NCBI GenBank assembly: GCA_963745035.1
Contig: CAVUVW010000013.1
Span: 1,216,001-1,280,000, forward strand
DNA length: 64,000 nt
Origin: an uncultured delta proteobacterium
Lineage (GTDB): Bacteria; Desulfobacterota; Binatia; UBA9968
Reading direction: 5' to 3'
The position numbers and the translations under genes were made by a program. The notes under the pieces are model-generated. The model was given only the letters and a program-made list of their open reading frames with translations, was not told where the DNA came from and made no database searches. Shown piece after piece: positions 11,432 to 20,698 of the stretch; within the stretch, counting starts at the first letter, position 1; every line of letters begins with the position of its first letter.

Positions 11432-12968
11432 CTACTTGTCCCTGCCACTAGCGGATTCGGCTGCTTCCTGTCTACGGAAGAGCGCGAGGATGAATGCCGC
11501 GGCGCAAATTGCCGACGCGCACAAGAACACGTCTTGAAACGCGGGGGCAAAAGTCTCGCCGGCCGTGGTGCCGGGAGCGGCAGTGTCCTTCGAATGGAAT
11601 TGCCGACGCGCATCGAAGAGCATGCTCCATCCTGTGGCGCCGAAGACAATGCCGAGGGTGCGCATCATGTTCGAGATACTGCCGGCCACGCCCTGCTGAT
11701 CGCGCGGTATCGCGCCCATGACAAAGCTCATGTTCGGCGTTTCGAATATGCCCAGGCCCAGACCGACGACGCCCAGTGCGAAAGCCACAGAGAGATAATC
11801 CGACTGCGCACCGAGTCGGCTGATCATCCACAGGCCGAGCCCTTGAACAGCCAGGCCAAGCGCGCTCAATCCGGCGGTTCCGAAACGGTCGGACACTTTA
11901 CCGGAAACCGGCGCGGCGAGCGGCGTCATGACCGCGGCCGCGAGCATCAAAGTCCCGCCTATCGTGGCTGGGTAACGCAGCACTTCAATTACGTAGTATG
12001 GCACGAGCAAGCCGACGGCGAATCGAGTGCCGTTGGCGAGAACGCCGAGGACATTGGCAATCACGAATGGCGCGCGGTGAAAAAGTTTCAAGTCGACGAC
12101 CGGTGTCCTTACCCGTTTCTCGGTCATGAGAAACCCGGCAAAGCACATAACCGAGAAAAGAGCGGGGATGATCACCGGCACAGAGGACCATGCCAGCTTT
12201 CGGCTTTGACTGATCGCCGACAAAAGACTCGCCAAGCACGCTGCGAGAGTTAGAGCGCCGACAAGGTCGAAGCTCCGTCCATCCTGATTTTTTTCCAGTA
12301 CCGGCAGTTTCTTTGCCGCGAGCCAGGCCAATAGCAGGGCCGGCACCACGCGGAACAGGAAAACCGCGCGCCAGCCGAACGCATCGACCAGCACGCCCCC
12401 AATCAAAGGTCCCACGGCATAGCCCGCTGCCATGCTCATCTGCAAGACGCCAAGCGCGCGGCCGCGCGCTTCCGCAGGAACGGCCAAGGTGACCAGCGCC
12501 GGAGCGGAACCGGACATCAACGCCGCCCCAACGCCCTGTGCCACACGCGCCGCGACAAGCCAACTAAACTCCGACGCCAGCCCACAACCGACAAATCCAA
12601 CCGCGCTCACGAGCAAACCCACGGTCAATATCCGCCCATGTCCCCAAACATCGGCAAGCCGCCCGCAACCGAGCAACAGGCTCGCGTGGGGCAACACATA
12701 ACCCACGATCACCCATTGGATGGAGCTGACTTCCAATGAAAACGCCGCAGTGATCGCCGGAAACGAAATGTTGAGAGCGCTATCGAGGGATCCGAGGAAA
12801 GCACTGAAGCTGGCGAGAACAACAGATCGCGTAAGGAGCGTTGAAGAAGAACCGCGCGATGTATGTTTCTGATCGTAGATACCTATCGTTACCTTTCGCT
12901 ACTCTTACAGATACCGCGCTGCTTACAGATTCCGTTGACAAATCCGAGACACTGGACACCAAACGCAA
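11432..12968 (-). CDS. MFS transporter (DHA2-like); probable frameshift near 12825
   Basis: Multiple TM helices; GRLADVWG, ARVAQGVGAA and GPLIGG motifs. The frame extends upstream as VVLASFSAFLGSLDSALNISFP. Start position uncertain. Confidence 0.82.
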
Positions 12969-12977
12969 GACTCTCTC

Positions 12978-13961
12978 CTATTTCCCCCAAATCTTTCGCA
13001 CGAACCCCTCCTCCTCCAGCCGTCTAAGATAGCGATCATTCACATAGCCCTTCGCGTCGATACCGCGTGCTTTCGAATTACTCTCGGCGATCTGTGCAAC
13101 GACCGCTTGCATCGCCTCTGCCGACGGGTACGGGACCGGTTGCAGTTGGGCGTTGAAATAATCCAAGCCTTCCGCGATCGCTTTGAGATTATTCACGCGA
13201 GTGAACTGCGCCAGCGCTTTGATCGAGTATTCGCGCTCCGTTTTGAGAATCTTGATCGCCTCGAGATACGCGCGCAGGAAGTTCATCACCTTCGCCTCCT
13301 GCTTGTCCATGAATCGTTTGCTGCCAAGCATGCCGGTGTTGAAGAACGGGATGTTCATTTTCACCGAGTCTGCGATCACATTGAGCTTGAGCCGCTCGGC
13401 CTCGCTGCCGAAAGGCGCGTTCACGACAGTGCCATCGACGTTACCCGAGGTCACCGCGGCGATGCGCGCGGGCTCGTCGCCGATTTGCAGAATAGTCGCT
13501 TCCTTGATCGGATCGACGCCAACTCGCTTCAGCAGCGCGCGCATGCCGAAGTCCGCCGAAGAACCGAAGCGGCTGACGGCGAATTTTTTGCCCTTCAATT
13601 GCTCGATGCTCCTGATCTCAGGGTGCGTGACCAGCTGGTAATTGAGTTTATCGAGCAGGCCGAGAAAGTACACGAGATCGGCGCCTTCGAGATTGGCTGC
13701 AACGCCCGGAGCGCCACTCAATTGCGATAGATCCAGGCTGCCGGAAACCAGCACTTGCACGTTGGTCGAACCGCCGGGAATGTAAACGCTCTCGGTGAGA
13801 AGACCGTACTTGACGAACAAACCGCGATCTTTCGCGATGTGGACGAGTCCGGACTGCAAGCTGATCGATCCAAGTCCCACCCGAATTTTCTCCTGGCCGT
13901 TTGCCGTGCCATTCGATCCCGAAAAAAGCACCAGTCCTAAGAGCAGGATCAAGGTTTTCAT
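12978..13961 (-). CDS. ABC transporter substrate-binding protein (NitT/TauT/SsuA-like)
   Basis: Signal peptide MKTLILLLGLVLF; IAKDRGLFVKYGL, LKGKKFAVSRFGSSAD and LEEEGF motifs. Confidence 0.88.
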   Translation of the reverse strand: MKTLILLLGLVLFSGSNGTANGQEKIRVGLGSISLQSGLVHIAKDRGLFVKYGLLTESVYIPGGSTNVQVLVSGSLDLSQLSGAPGVAANLEGADLVYFLGLLDKLNYQLVTHPEIRSIEQLKGKKFAVSRFGSSADFGMRALLKRVGVDPIKEATILQIGDEPARIAAVTSGNVDGTVVNAPFGSEAERLKLNVIADSVKMNIPFFNTGMLGSKRFMDKQEAKVMNFLRAYLEAIKILKTEREYSIKALAQFTRVNNLKAIAEGLDYFNAQLQPVPYPSAEAMQAVVAQIAESNSKARGIDAKGYVNDRYLRRLEEEGFVRKIWGK

Positions 13962-14067
13962 AGCGCCCCTAGTAACATGAAGTTGACGAAGCAGGCAATG
14001 GCACAGCCACGTTGAACGGCAGCATACAGTGTGCGATGTTGCCGGCATCAAGCTGAGGAGGACGATC

Positions 14068-14274
14068 ATGGCAGACGTTACAATAAAACCTTTAACGAAC
14101 GGTCCGTACGAAGTCGCCGGCGGCGCCAAACTGGTCGACAACTCGGGCAAGGAGTACGCTGCGAGTGGCAGCGATCCGTTTTATCTTTGTCGCTGCGGCG
14201 CATCGAAAGACAAGCCGTTTTGCGACGGCAGCCATAAAGAAATCGGCTTCAAAGCGGAAGAGACCGCGAAGTAG
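14068..14274 (+). CDS. CDGSH iron-sulfur domain protein
   Basis: CRCGASKDKPFCDGSH matches the CDGSH signature; NGPYEV motif; GAGGAGG RBS. Confidence 0.93.
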   Translation: MADVTIKPLTNGPYEVAGGAKLVDNSGKEYAASGSDPFYLCRCGASKDKPFCDGSHKEIGFKAEETAK

Positions 14275-14351
14275 CAGCAAAACAGATTCTGCACTCCCGC
14301 AAATGAGTGCTGGGGTTCCGCAGGTTCGGATACGAAACCAGGAGGAAGCTG

Positions 14352-15080
14352 GTGCAAGGAAAAATCACGATTGTCACAGGTGGAGCCAAGGGGATTGGTA
14401 GACACGCAGCGCATACGCTGGCCAAAGCTGGCGCTAAGATCGTCATCGCCGATGCGGACGTGGAACGCATGCACAAGACGCTTGGCGAGATAAAAGACAG
14501 CGGCGCTGAGGGGATCGCCGTGCCGACCGACGTGCGCGACGAAAAGGATGTGCGCCGGCTGGTGCACGAAGCTATGGATCGCTTCGGCCAGATCGATGCC
14601 CTGATCAATGACGCCGGCATCGTGCCGCACTTCAATTGGGGCGTACCGCGCTGGCCGCGGGTGCGTTATCTGAGCAAAGATTTCTGGGACAGCGTCATTC
14701 AAACCAACCTCGGCGGCACATTTCTTTGTACCAAGTACGTTGTCCCCTTCATGGAGGAGCGCCGCTCGGGAAATATCGTGAATCTCTGGGGCGGCGGCCG
14801 CGCGGAAAATCACGGCGCATCGCCGTACGTCGTCAGCAAAGACGCCATTCGCACATTCACCCGCTTCGTCGCTGAAGAAGAGCGCGAATGGAACGTCTGC
14901 GTGGTCGCGTTCAGCCCCAAGCAGGCGATCGCAACGGAAGACGCGCCCGAAGAAGCGCGCAAGCGCCTGCCCGGCCCGGAAAGCCTCGGCAATGGCTTTG
15001 TCCTCGCCGCCCAAGCGGAAATGGGAATGACCGGCAAGACCGTCGAACACCGCGACGGCAAGTTGGTCGCGGTGGATTAG
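14352..15080 (+). CDS. SDR family oxidoreductase
   Basis: TGGAKGIG, DVRD, INDAG and YVVSK motifs; GGAGG RBS. Confidence 0.88.
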   Translation: MQGKITIVTGGAKGIGRHAAHTLAKAGAKIVIADADVERMHKTLGEIKDSGAEGIAVPTDVRDEKDVRRLVHEAMDRFGQIDALINDAGIVPHFNWGVPRWPRVRYLSKDFWDSVIQTNLGGTFLCTKYVVPFMEERRSGNIVNLWGGGRAENHGASPYVVSKDAIRTFTRFVAEEEREWNVCVVAFSPKQAIATEDAPEEARKRLPGPESLGNGFVLAAQAEMGMTGKTVEHRDGKLVAVD

Positions 15081-15107
15081 CGAAGATTTCGAATTGACCG
15101 GGAAAAC

Positions 15108-15183
15108 TCACCGCAGAGGCACGGAGGGCGCAGAGAACACTAATTCAAGATAAACTCCGCGAACTCCAGCGTCTCCGCGGTGA
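15108..15183. repeat. Palindromic intergenic repeat (TCACCGC...GCGGTGA family)
   Basis: TCACCGCAGAGGCACGGAGGGCGCAGAG...CTCCGCGAACTCCAGCGTCTCCGCGGTGA, the reverse-complement homolog of 10412-10483. Confidence 0.75.
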
Positions 15184-15275
15184 AAAACTGTTCGGCATGT
15201 GCGCAGGAATTGCTTATCCTTCCGTTTGACCGCAGCCTGCATATTTTGTAGTTACTACGCTTCAGGAGGTGACCT

Positions 15276-15692
15276 ATGATCGCCATAGTCGATCAAATGA
15301 AAGATCTGGTAAACAACGCCTTGGCCAACGGCTGTCCATGTATTCTCGCCACTGTTTCCGGCGACGGCGAGCCGGATATCGGCTACAAAGGCAGCATGAT
15401 GGTCTTCGACAACGAGTCCCTCGCCTACTGGGAGCGCACCAAGCGACAGCACATGAAAAACGTCAAGGAGAATCCGCGCGTCATCGTGCTGTTCCGCGAC
15501 GGGAAGACCAAAGCCGCCTGGCGCTTTCACGGTACTGCGACCATGCACGAAGACGGGCCGATCCGGGAGCAAGTCATGACACGTACCGTCAAGGAAGAGC
15601 TGGACAAAGATCCCGAGCGCAAGGGCGCCGCGGTGGTGATTCGCCTCGACAAAATCACCAATATGGGCGGACAAGTTCTCCAAAGCCGTTAG
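15276..15692 (+). CDS. Pyridoxamine 5'-phosphate oxidase-like (split-barrel) protein
   Basis: CILATVSGDGEP, NVKENPRV and RFHGTA motifs; AGGAGGT RBS. Confidence 0.82.
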   Translation: MIAIVDQMKDLVNNALANGCPCILATVSGDGEPDIGYKGSMMVFDNESLAYWERTKRQHMKNVKENPRVIVLFRDGKTKAAWRFHGTATMHEDGPIREQVMTRTVKEELDKDPERKGAAVVIRLDKITNMGGQVLQSR

Positions 15693-15705
15693 CATCCCGT
15701 CTTTT

Positions 15706-15737
15706 CGCTGCATGCCGGTCTTTACCGGCATGCAGCG
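15706..15737. terminator. Perfect 14-bp hairpin, probable terminator
   Basis: CGCTGCATGCCGGT-CTTT-ACCGGCATGCAGCG just downstream of the stop at 15692. Confidence 0.6.
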
Positions 15738-16170
15738 CTTAAAAAATCACCTTTCAAGGTCGCGCTTCCGTCCGGAGGCGGCTGGCCGAGTTTACATCGA
15801 ATTCCCGGTCACGAGCCGGATGTAGAATTCGTGTTAGTCGAGAGGCACCCGACAAAGCGGTGATTAGAGCGTCACGACCGTGGGCCGCGGCCCGCGCAAG
15901 AGACTGCGCACGCTGCAGCGAGGGCGAAGGCGGCGCAAGGGAAGATCTCACAATACGGCACTGTCCAGTCGCAGCAGCCCTGAGCACGGCCTGAGGCCGA
16001 GCCGACGCGCACTATTCAGCAAAAAATAGGAAACTTCTGACCAATACCGGAAATTGGGGAAACATCCCTGTAGATCCGGGAATCATAATCGGCGAGCGGT
16101 CGACGGAAACCGCAGCGCTCCCGATTCTTTTGCATGTAAATTGGATCGTCTAATGCTACACTAAGCGCTC

Positions 16171-16770
16171 TTGGGAGCTTTAAACGTGGAGCCAAACCTG
16201 CCGTCCAATTACTATGCCCGGGCTCTCAGAGCCATCGGCCAGGATCTCGCCGAGCTCTTTCCCCATCTGTTGGAGATCGAGCAACGCGAGCGCACCTTTT
16301 TCGTCCACGTGCGCTGCGACCGCAAAAGATCGGAGAGTAAGGCTCCTCCCACACCGGCGGAGGCCCCTCAATCAGGCTTGCGCGGTATTTTTCACAAGCT
16401 CAATACCATTCGTCTGGACAAACCGCCGGACAAACCGGATCTCGTCGATGTAAACCGCACCTACCATCCGATCGACATCAGCCGAATCGACGAAGCCGGG
16501 CTGCAACGGCGCATCACAGTCGGCAGAATCCCCGACATCCATGACTTAGGAGAAGCTTTGCGCACCATCGGCCGAATCCTCGATGCCGAGGAAGGCAGGC
16601 TTGTAAAACTTTTTCGCGACCAGCGCCGCGTCGCTTTCGAGTACATCGTCCGGGGCGGTGAAACCAAAAAAATTGAGATGACTCGGACGGAACTATACAA
16701 AGTGCAGCAGAGCTATTATCACGGCCGCTCGGGCCGCACTAGCCTCGATCTCTGGAAGGGAAAGGCGTAG
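16171..16770 (+). CDS. Hypothetical protein with apparent internal duplication
   Basis: 199-aa ORF with coding-like composition; ALRAIGQDL and ALRTIGRIL recur. Start uncertain. Confidence 0.7.
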   Translation: MGALNVEPNLPSNYYARALRAIGQDLAELFPHLLEIEQRERTFFVHVRCDRKRSESKAPPTPAEAPQSGLRGIFHKLNTIRLDKPPDKPDLVDVNRTYHPIDISRIDEAGLQRRITVGRIPDIHDLGEALRTIGRILDAEEGRLVKLFRDQRRVAFEYIVRGGETKKIEMTRTELYKVQQSYYHGRSGRTSLDLWKGKA

Positions 16771-16838
16771 TTTCCAGTACGCTTCGGCAGTATCCAAACG
16801 CCGCCCCCAATCTACAATCTTCCGTTCGCGCGCGAGAA

Positions 16839-17699
16839 TCACGGCAGCCGCAGCTTCGGATCGAGAGCATCGCGCAGCGAGTCGCCGAAGACGTTAAAGG
16901 AGAATACCGCCAGGCTAATCGCCAGTCCCGGGAAAAGTGCCATCCACGGCGCGCGCTCGGCGAACTCCACCGCCGCGCCGCGCAGCATCAAGCCCCAGGC
17001 CGGGGTCGGCTCGGCCACGCCCAAACCCAAGAACGACAGCGACGCTTCCAGCAAAATCGCTTGGCCCAAAAAGGCCGTCAGCATGATCAGAAACGGCGCC
17101 ATCACGTTGGGAAGCATGTGACGGAAAATAATGCGCCAATGGCTTGATCCGAGAGTCAACGCGGCTTCGACGAAAAGCATCTGCCGCAAAGCCAGCGCGC
17201 TGCTGCGCACGACAAGCGCCGCGCGCGGAATCATCGGTATCGAGATCGCCAGGATGACATTCCAGAGGCCCGCGCCCATGACCGCGACCACGGTGAGGGC
17301 GAGAATGATCAGGGGAAATGACAGCAGTATGTCCATCGCGCGCTGCGTGAAAAGGTCGATGCGGCCGCCGAAATAGGCGCAGCTTACGCCGATGACCGCT
17401 CCCAAAGACGTTCCCAGGAACGACGAACAAAATCCCACCCAGAGCGCCGTGCGCGAACCGTAGAGAAGGCGCGAGAGAACATCGCGTCCGAACGAGTCCG
17501 TGCCGAGCCAATGGCTCGCCCCCGGAGCCTGCAGCATGGCGGCATAGTCGATGTCCAGCGGATGATACGGCGCGACCCAATTGGCGAGCAGCGCCGCCAG
17601 CGCCATGAGCAGGATGATCGCCGCGCCGACAAATCCCAGCGGCCGCCTGACCAAGAAATCCCGAGCGGGAGCAATCAGAGATTGCGCATTGACCGTCAC
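16839..17699 (-). CDS. Peptide/nickel ABC transporter permease (DppC/OppC-like)
   Basis: HWLGTDSFGRDVLSRLLYG, FVEAA, RHMLPN and EASLSFLGLG motifs. Confidence 0.93.
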   Translation of the reverse strand: MTVNAQSLIAPARDFLVRRPLGFVGAAIILLMALAALLANWVAPYHPLDIDYAAMLQAPGASHWLGTDSFGRDVLSRLLYGSRTALWVGFCSSFLGTSLGAVIGVSCAYFGGRIDLFTQRAMDILLSFPLIILALTVVAVMGAGLWNVILAISIPMIPRAALVVRSSALALRQMLFVEAALTLGSSHWRIIFRHMLPNVMAPFLIMLTAFLGQAILLEASLSFLGLGVAEPTPAWGLMLRGAAVEFAERAPWMALFPGLAISLAVFSFNVFGDSLRDALDPKLRLP

Positions 17700-17708
17700 G
17701 GCAAGTCC

Positions 17709-18662
17709 TCAGCGGAACCGGATGCGCGGATCGAGCCAGGCGTAGAGCAGGTCGATCAAGAAATTCATGAAGATGAACACAAACGAAACCAGCAGCACCA
17801 AAGTTTGAGTCATTGTGTAGTCACGCCGGGTGATCGACTCGACGAACAGCATGCCGATGCCGTTCAGGTTGAAGACTTGCTCGGTCACCACCAGCCCGCC
17901 GATCAAGAAGGCGAACTCCAAACCGATCACCGTGACGATGGGCAGGAGCGCGTTGCGCAGCGCGTGCTTGACGACAACGGCGCGCTCCCAAAGCCCCTTG
18001 GCGCGCGCCGTGCGCACATAGTCCTCGCGCAGCACTTCCAAAACCGCGGAGCGTGTCATGCGCGTCGCCATCGCCGAATAGCGATACCCCACCGCCAACG
18101 CCGGCCAGATGAGCTGCGACAAATTGGCCCAGGGATCGGTCCAGAAAGACGTAAAGGTCAGCGGCGGCAGCCATTTGAATAGGATCAGAAACGCCAGAAT
18201 CATCACGATGCCGAGCCAGAATGACGGCATCGCCAGTCCGCCGATCGAAAATATCCGCACGGCATAATCGATCCACGTGTCCTGTTTGAGCGCCGCTAAG
18301 GTGCCCAACGGCACGGAGAGAAGGATGGCGACGAGCGTGGCCATGAGCGCCAGTTGAACGCTCAGCTCCAAACGAATCTTGATCTCGTCAATAATCGGCC
18401 GTCCAGTCCACATCGAGTGGCCGAAATCGAGTCGCACGATGCCGACCATCCACACGGCGAACTGCTGCGCGAGCGGTTTGTCGAGTCCAAGTTGGGCGCG
18501 CTCGCGCTCAAGCGCCTCCTTGGGCGCAAACGTGCCGCTGCCGGCATATTTGAGCTCGACAATATCCCCCGGCGCCACGCGCAGCATGAAGAAAACCAGC
18601 ACCGCCACGCCGAAGAGCGTCGGGATCATCAGCAGAAGGCGCTTGAGAATATACCGGTGCAT
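17709..18662 (-). CDS. Peptide/nickel ABC transporter permease (DppB/OppB-like)
   Basis: YILKRLL, LGLDKPL, DYVRTARAKGL, KHALRNALLP and DLLYAWLDPRIR motifs. Confidence 0.93.
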   Translation of the reverse strand: MHRYILKRLLLMIPTLFGVAVLVFFMLRVAPGDIVELKYAGSGTFAPKEALERERAQLGLDKPLAQQFAVWMVGIVRLDFGHSMWTGRPIIDEIKIRLELSVQLALMATLVAILLSVPLGTLAALKQDTWIDYAVRIFSIGGLAMPSFWLGIVMILAFLILFKWLPPLTFTSFWTDPWANLSQLIWPALAVGYRYSAMATRMTRSAVLEVLREDYVRTARAKGLWERAVVVKHALRNALLPIVTVIGLEFAFLIGGLVVTEQVFNLNGIGMLFVESITRRDYTMTQTLVLLVSFVFIFMNFLIDLLYAWLDPRIRFR

Positions 18663-18667
18663 TCGCC

Positions 18668-18706
18668 TAACTTTTTACTTTTACCCTTTTAATTTTTACT
18701 TTCTTA
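18668..18706. repeat. Short tandem heptamer-like repeat (TTTTACT variants)
   Basis: ACTTTTTACTTTTACCCTTTTAATTTTTACTTTTCTTAC between the SBP and dppB genes. Confidence 0.6.
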
Positions 18707-20317
18707 CTGCGCCAGCCACACGTCGCGCAGATCCTGATTGACGTAGTGGCTTGGACCGATCTTCCAACCTTTGAGCCTGCTGCTGTGCGGCACGATGCGC
18801 TGCCACCACAGCACGGGGAACTGATAGGCCTGGTCGCCGATGACGCGTTTTTCGATCTGACGAAGGAGCGGCAAGCGATCTTTGAGATCGAGCATGCGGC
18901 TCTGCCGTTCGAACAATTCATCCACCGTCGGATCCTTGTAGCGGGAATAATTGATCGGGCTCTTGTCGCTGCTCAGATACTTGAGCAGATAGAGATCAGG
19001 CTCGTCCATAAACTCGCAGGTAAAATCGATGCCGGCGTCGTAGTTTCCCTGGCGAAAATCGTTGAAGTACGGCCCGCCTTCCTGCGGCGTATGCGTGACG
19101 TTGAGACCGATGCGGCGCCACTGATCGACGACAAAAACTCCGGTGATTTCGTAGGGCTCCCGAACATTGCGGTTCTTCAACACGAACGAATAGTTCTCCG
19201 GCACCCCGGCCTCTTTCAACAAACGCTTGGCTTCATTCCGAGCAGCGTTGATATCCTTGCCGAAACCGGGCAATTTGCCGAGCTCTGCCGCAGGCGTGGC
19301 GAACTCCGAGCCGGGGCGATAGACACCGCCGATGAATTTCATCACGGAGATTTGCGACAACGCCTTCGACGCCTCGTTGCGATCGATGGCGAGACTGAGC
19401 GCGCGCCGAACCCGCGCGTCGTCGAACGGCTTCTTTTCATTGTTGAATACGACCATCAAGTTGCACGCCCAGGGAGTTTCTTGGACCACGGCTTTGTTGC
19501 CCAAACTCTTGACGACATCGTCGCGCGCCGCCGGATTGAAGCCGCGAAACTCCACTGCCGCCTGCCCGCTCCGCACCGCGGCCACCCGTGGCGCGGTGTC
19601 GCGAATGAAAATCGCGCGATAGCTGTCCAGGTAGGGCCGTCCGGCGATGTGGTAGTTGGGATTTTTCTTGCCGGTCCAGTGCGAACCGGCGACGTATTCG
19701 CCGAAAGCGAACGGACCGGAGCCGAGAATATTTTTCTCGTACCAGCGCGGATCCTTCTTGAGCTTCTCCGCGCTGTAGATGAAATTCCAGGGCGAAGCGA
19801 GATTGGCGAGAAACGATGCCGCGATATGCTTCAGGCGAAACACCACCGTCAGCTCGTCGGGCGCTTCGACTCGATGGACCATGGCATAGGACGCCTTGCG
19901 GGCACTGGCGACGCCTTCCGGAGGAAAGATGATCTTGTCATAGGTCGCCTTGACGTCTTGCGCGGTCAGCGACGAGCCGTCGTGAAACTTGATGCCCTTG
20001 CGGATTTTCACCGTCAGGCTGAGACCGTCTTTGGAAAACGCCCAGCTCTCGGCCACGTCGCCGACGATCTTCGGATAATTGTGCGGATCGAAACGCAGCA
20101 GCGTGCTGTAGTGCGGCGCGATCGGATGGATCATCGCGAAAGTCGTCTCGCGGTGACCATCGAAGGAGGGCGGCGTTTCCGCGACGGCGAACACCAGCTC
20201 GCCGCCCGGTCGAGGAGCTTCTCCGGCCGATGCCCCGGCCGGAACGAGGGCCGAGATAAGGAGCGCGAGCGCCAATTTGAAATGACATGTAAGCAGGACT
20301 TTGAGCATGTAAAACAT
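18704..20317 (-). CDS. ABC transporter substrate-binding protein, family 5 (DppA-like)
   Basis: Signal peptide; GDVAESW, IRKGIKFHDGSSLTAQDV, GSGPF and PFDDARVRRALSLAIDR motifs; GGAGG RBS. Confidence 0.92.
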   Translation of the reverse strand: MFYMLKVLLTCHFKLALALLISALVPAGASAGEAPRPGGELVFAVAETPPSFDGHRETTFAMIHPIAPHYSTLLRFDPHNYPKIVGDVAESWAFSKDGLSLTVKIRKGIKFHDGSSLTAQDVKATYDKIIFPPEGVASARKASYAMVHRVEAPDELTVVFRLKHIAASFLANLASPWNFIYSAEKLKKDPRWYEKNILGSGPFAFGEYVAGSHWTGKKNPNYHIAGRPYLDSYRAIFIRDTAPRVAAVRSGQAAVEFRGFNPAARDDVVKSLGNKAVVQETPWACNLMVVFNNEKKPFDDARVRRALSLAIDRNEASKALSQISVMKFIGGVYRPGSEFATPAAELGKLPGFGKDINAARNEAKRLLKEAGVPENYSFVLKNRNVREPYEITGVFVVDQWRRIGLNVTHTPQEGGPYFNDFRQGNYDAGIDFTCEFMDEPDLYLLKYLSSDKSPINYSRYKDPTVDELFERQSRMLDLKDRLPLLRQIEKRVIGDQAYQFPVLWWQRIVPHSSRLKGWKIGPSHYVNQDLRDVWLAQ

Positions 20318-20367
20318 AAGTCTCCTCCGCAACGGATGTGGCAATGCCGTCCAACGCTGGCTGCGAA

Positions 20368-20395
20368 AGTATGGGATTCTCGCCGGTAATGTCAA
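20368..20395 (-). promoter_or_regulatory. Candidate sigma70 promoter for the dpp-like operon
   Basis: Minus strand TTGACA-N16-CATACT about 50 bp upstream of ATG 20317. Confidence 0.5.
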
Positions 20396-20471
20396 GAAAG
20401 TAACCCGCTTTAACGATCGGCCGATGTTCTGCGGTTCATTTTCAATCCGCCATTGTGAAAACTCTATCGGA

Positions 20472-20499
20472 GCCCTTCGACACGGCTCAGAGCGAACGG
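20472..20499. repeat. REP-like arm (CCCTTCGACA...GCGAACGG family)
   Basis: CCCTTCGACACGGCTCAGAGCGAACGG; the partner arm is degraded. Confidence 0.45.
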
Positions 20500-20698
20500 T
20501 ATCAAGTACGGAATTTCAAAAGAAGTGATTCCGTTACGAGGTGAAAGATTTTTCCTCTGGGCGGCAGTCACAGCCAGTCTCGCCTCGATACTTTCGCTGT
20601 GAATCAAACCCATCGAAGGGCGCTGCGCAAAATTATCTGAAACATGTCCGACCAAGGATGAATTTGCCGCCTCGGTGGGCTAAAATGATCCGCTGATC

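Noticed and set aside
13962-14150. N-terminal extension of the SBP ORF 12978-14150
   Set aside because: It overlaps the divergent CDGSH gene, and the signal peptide begins at 13961.
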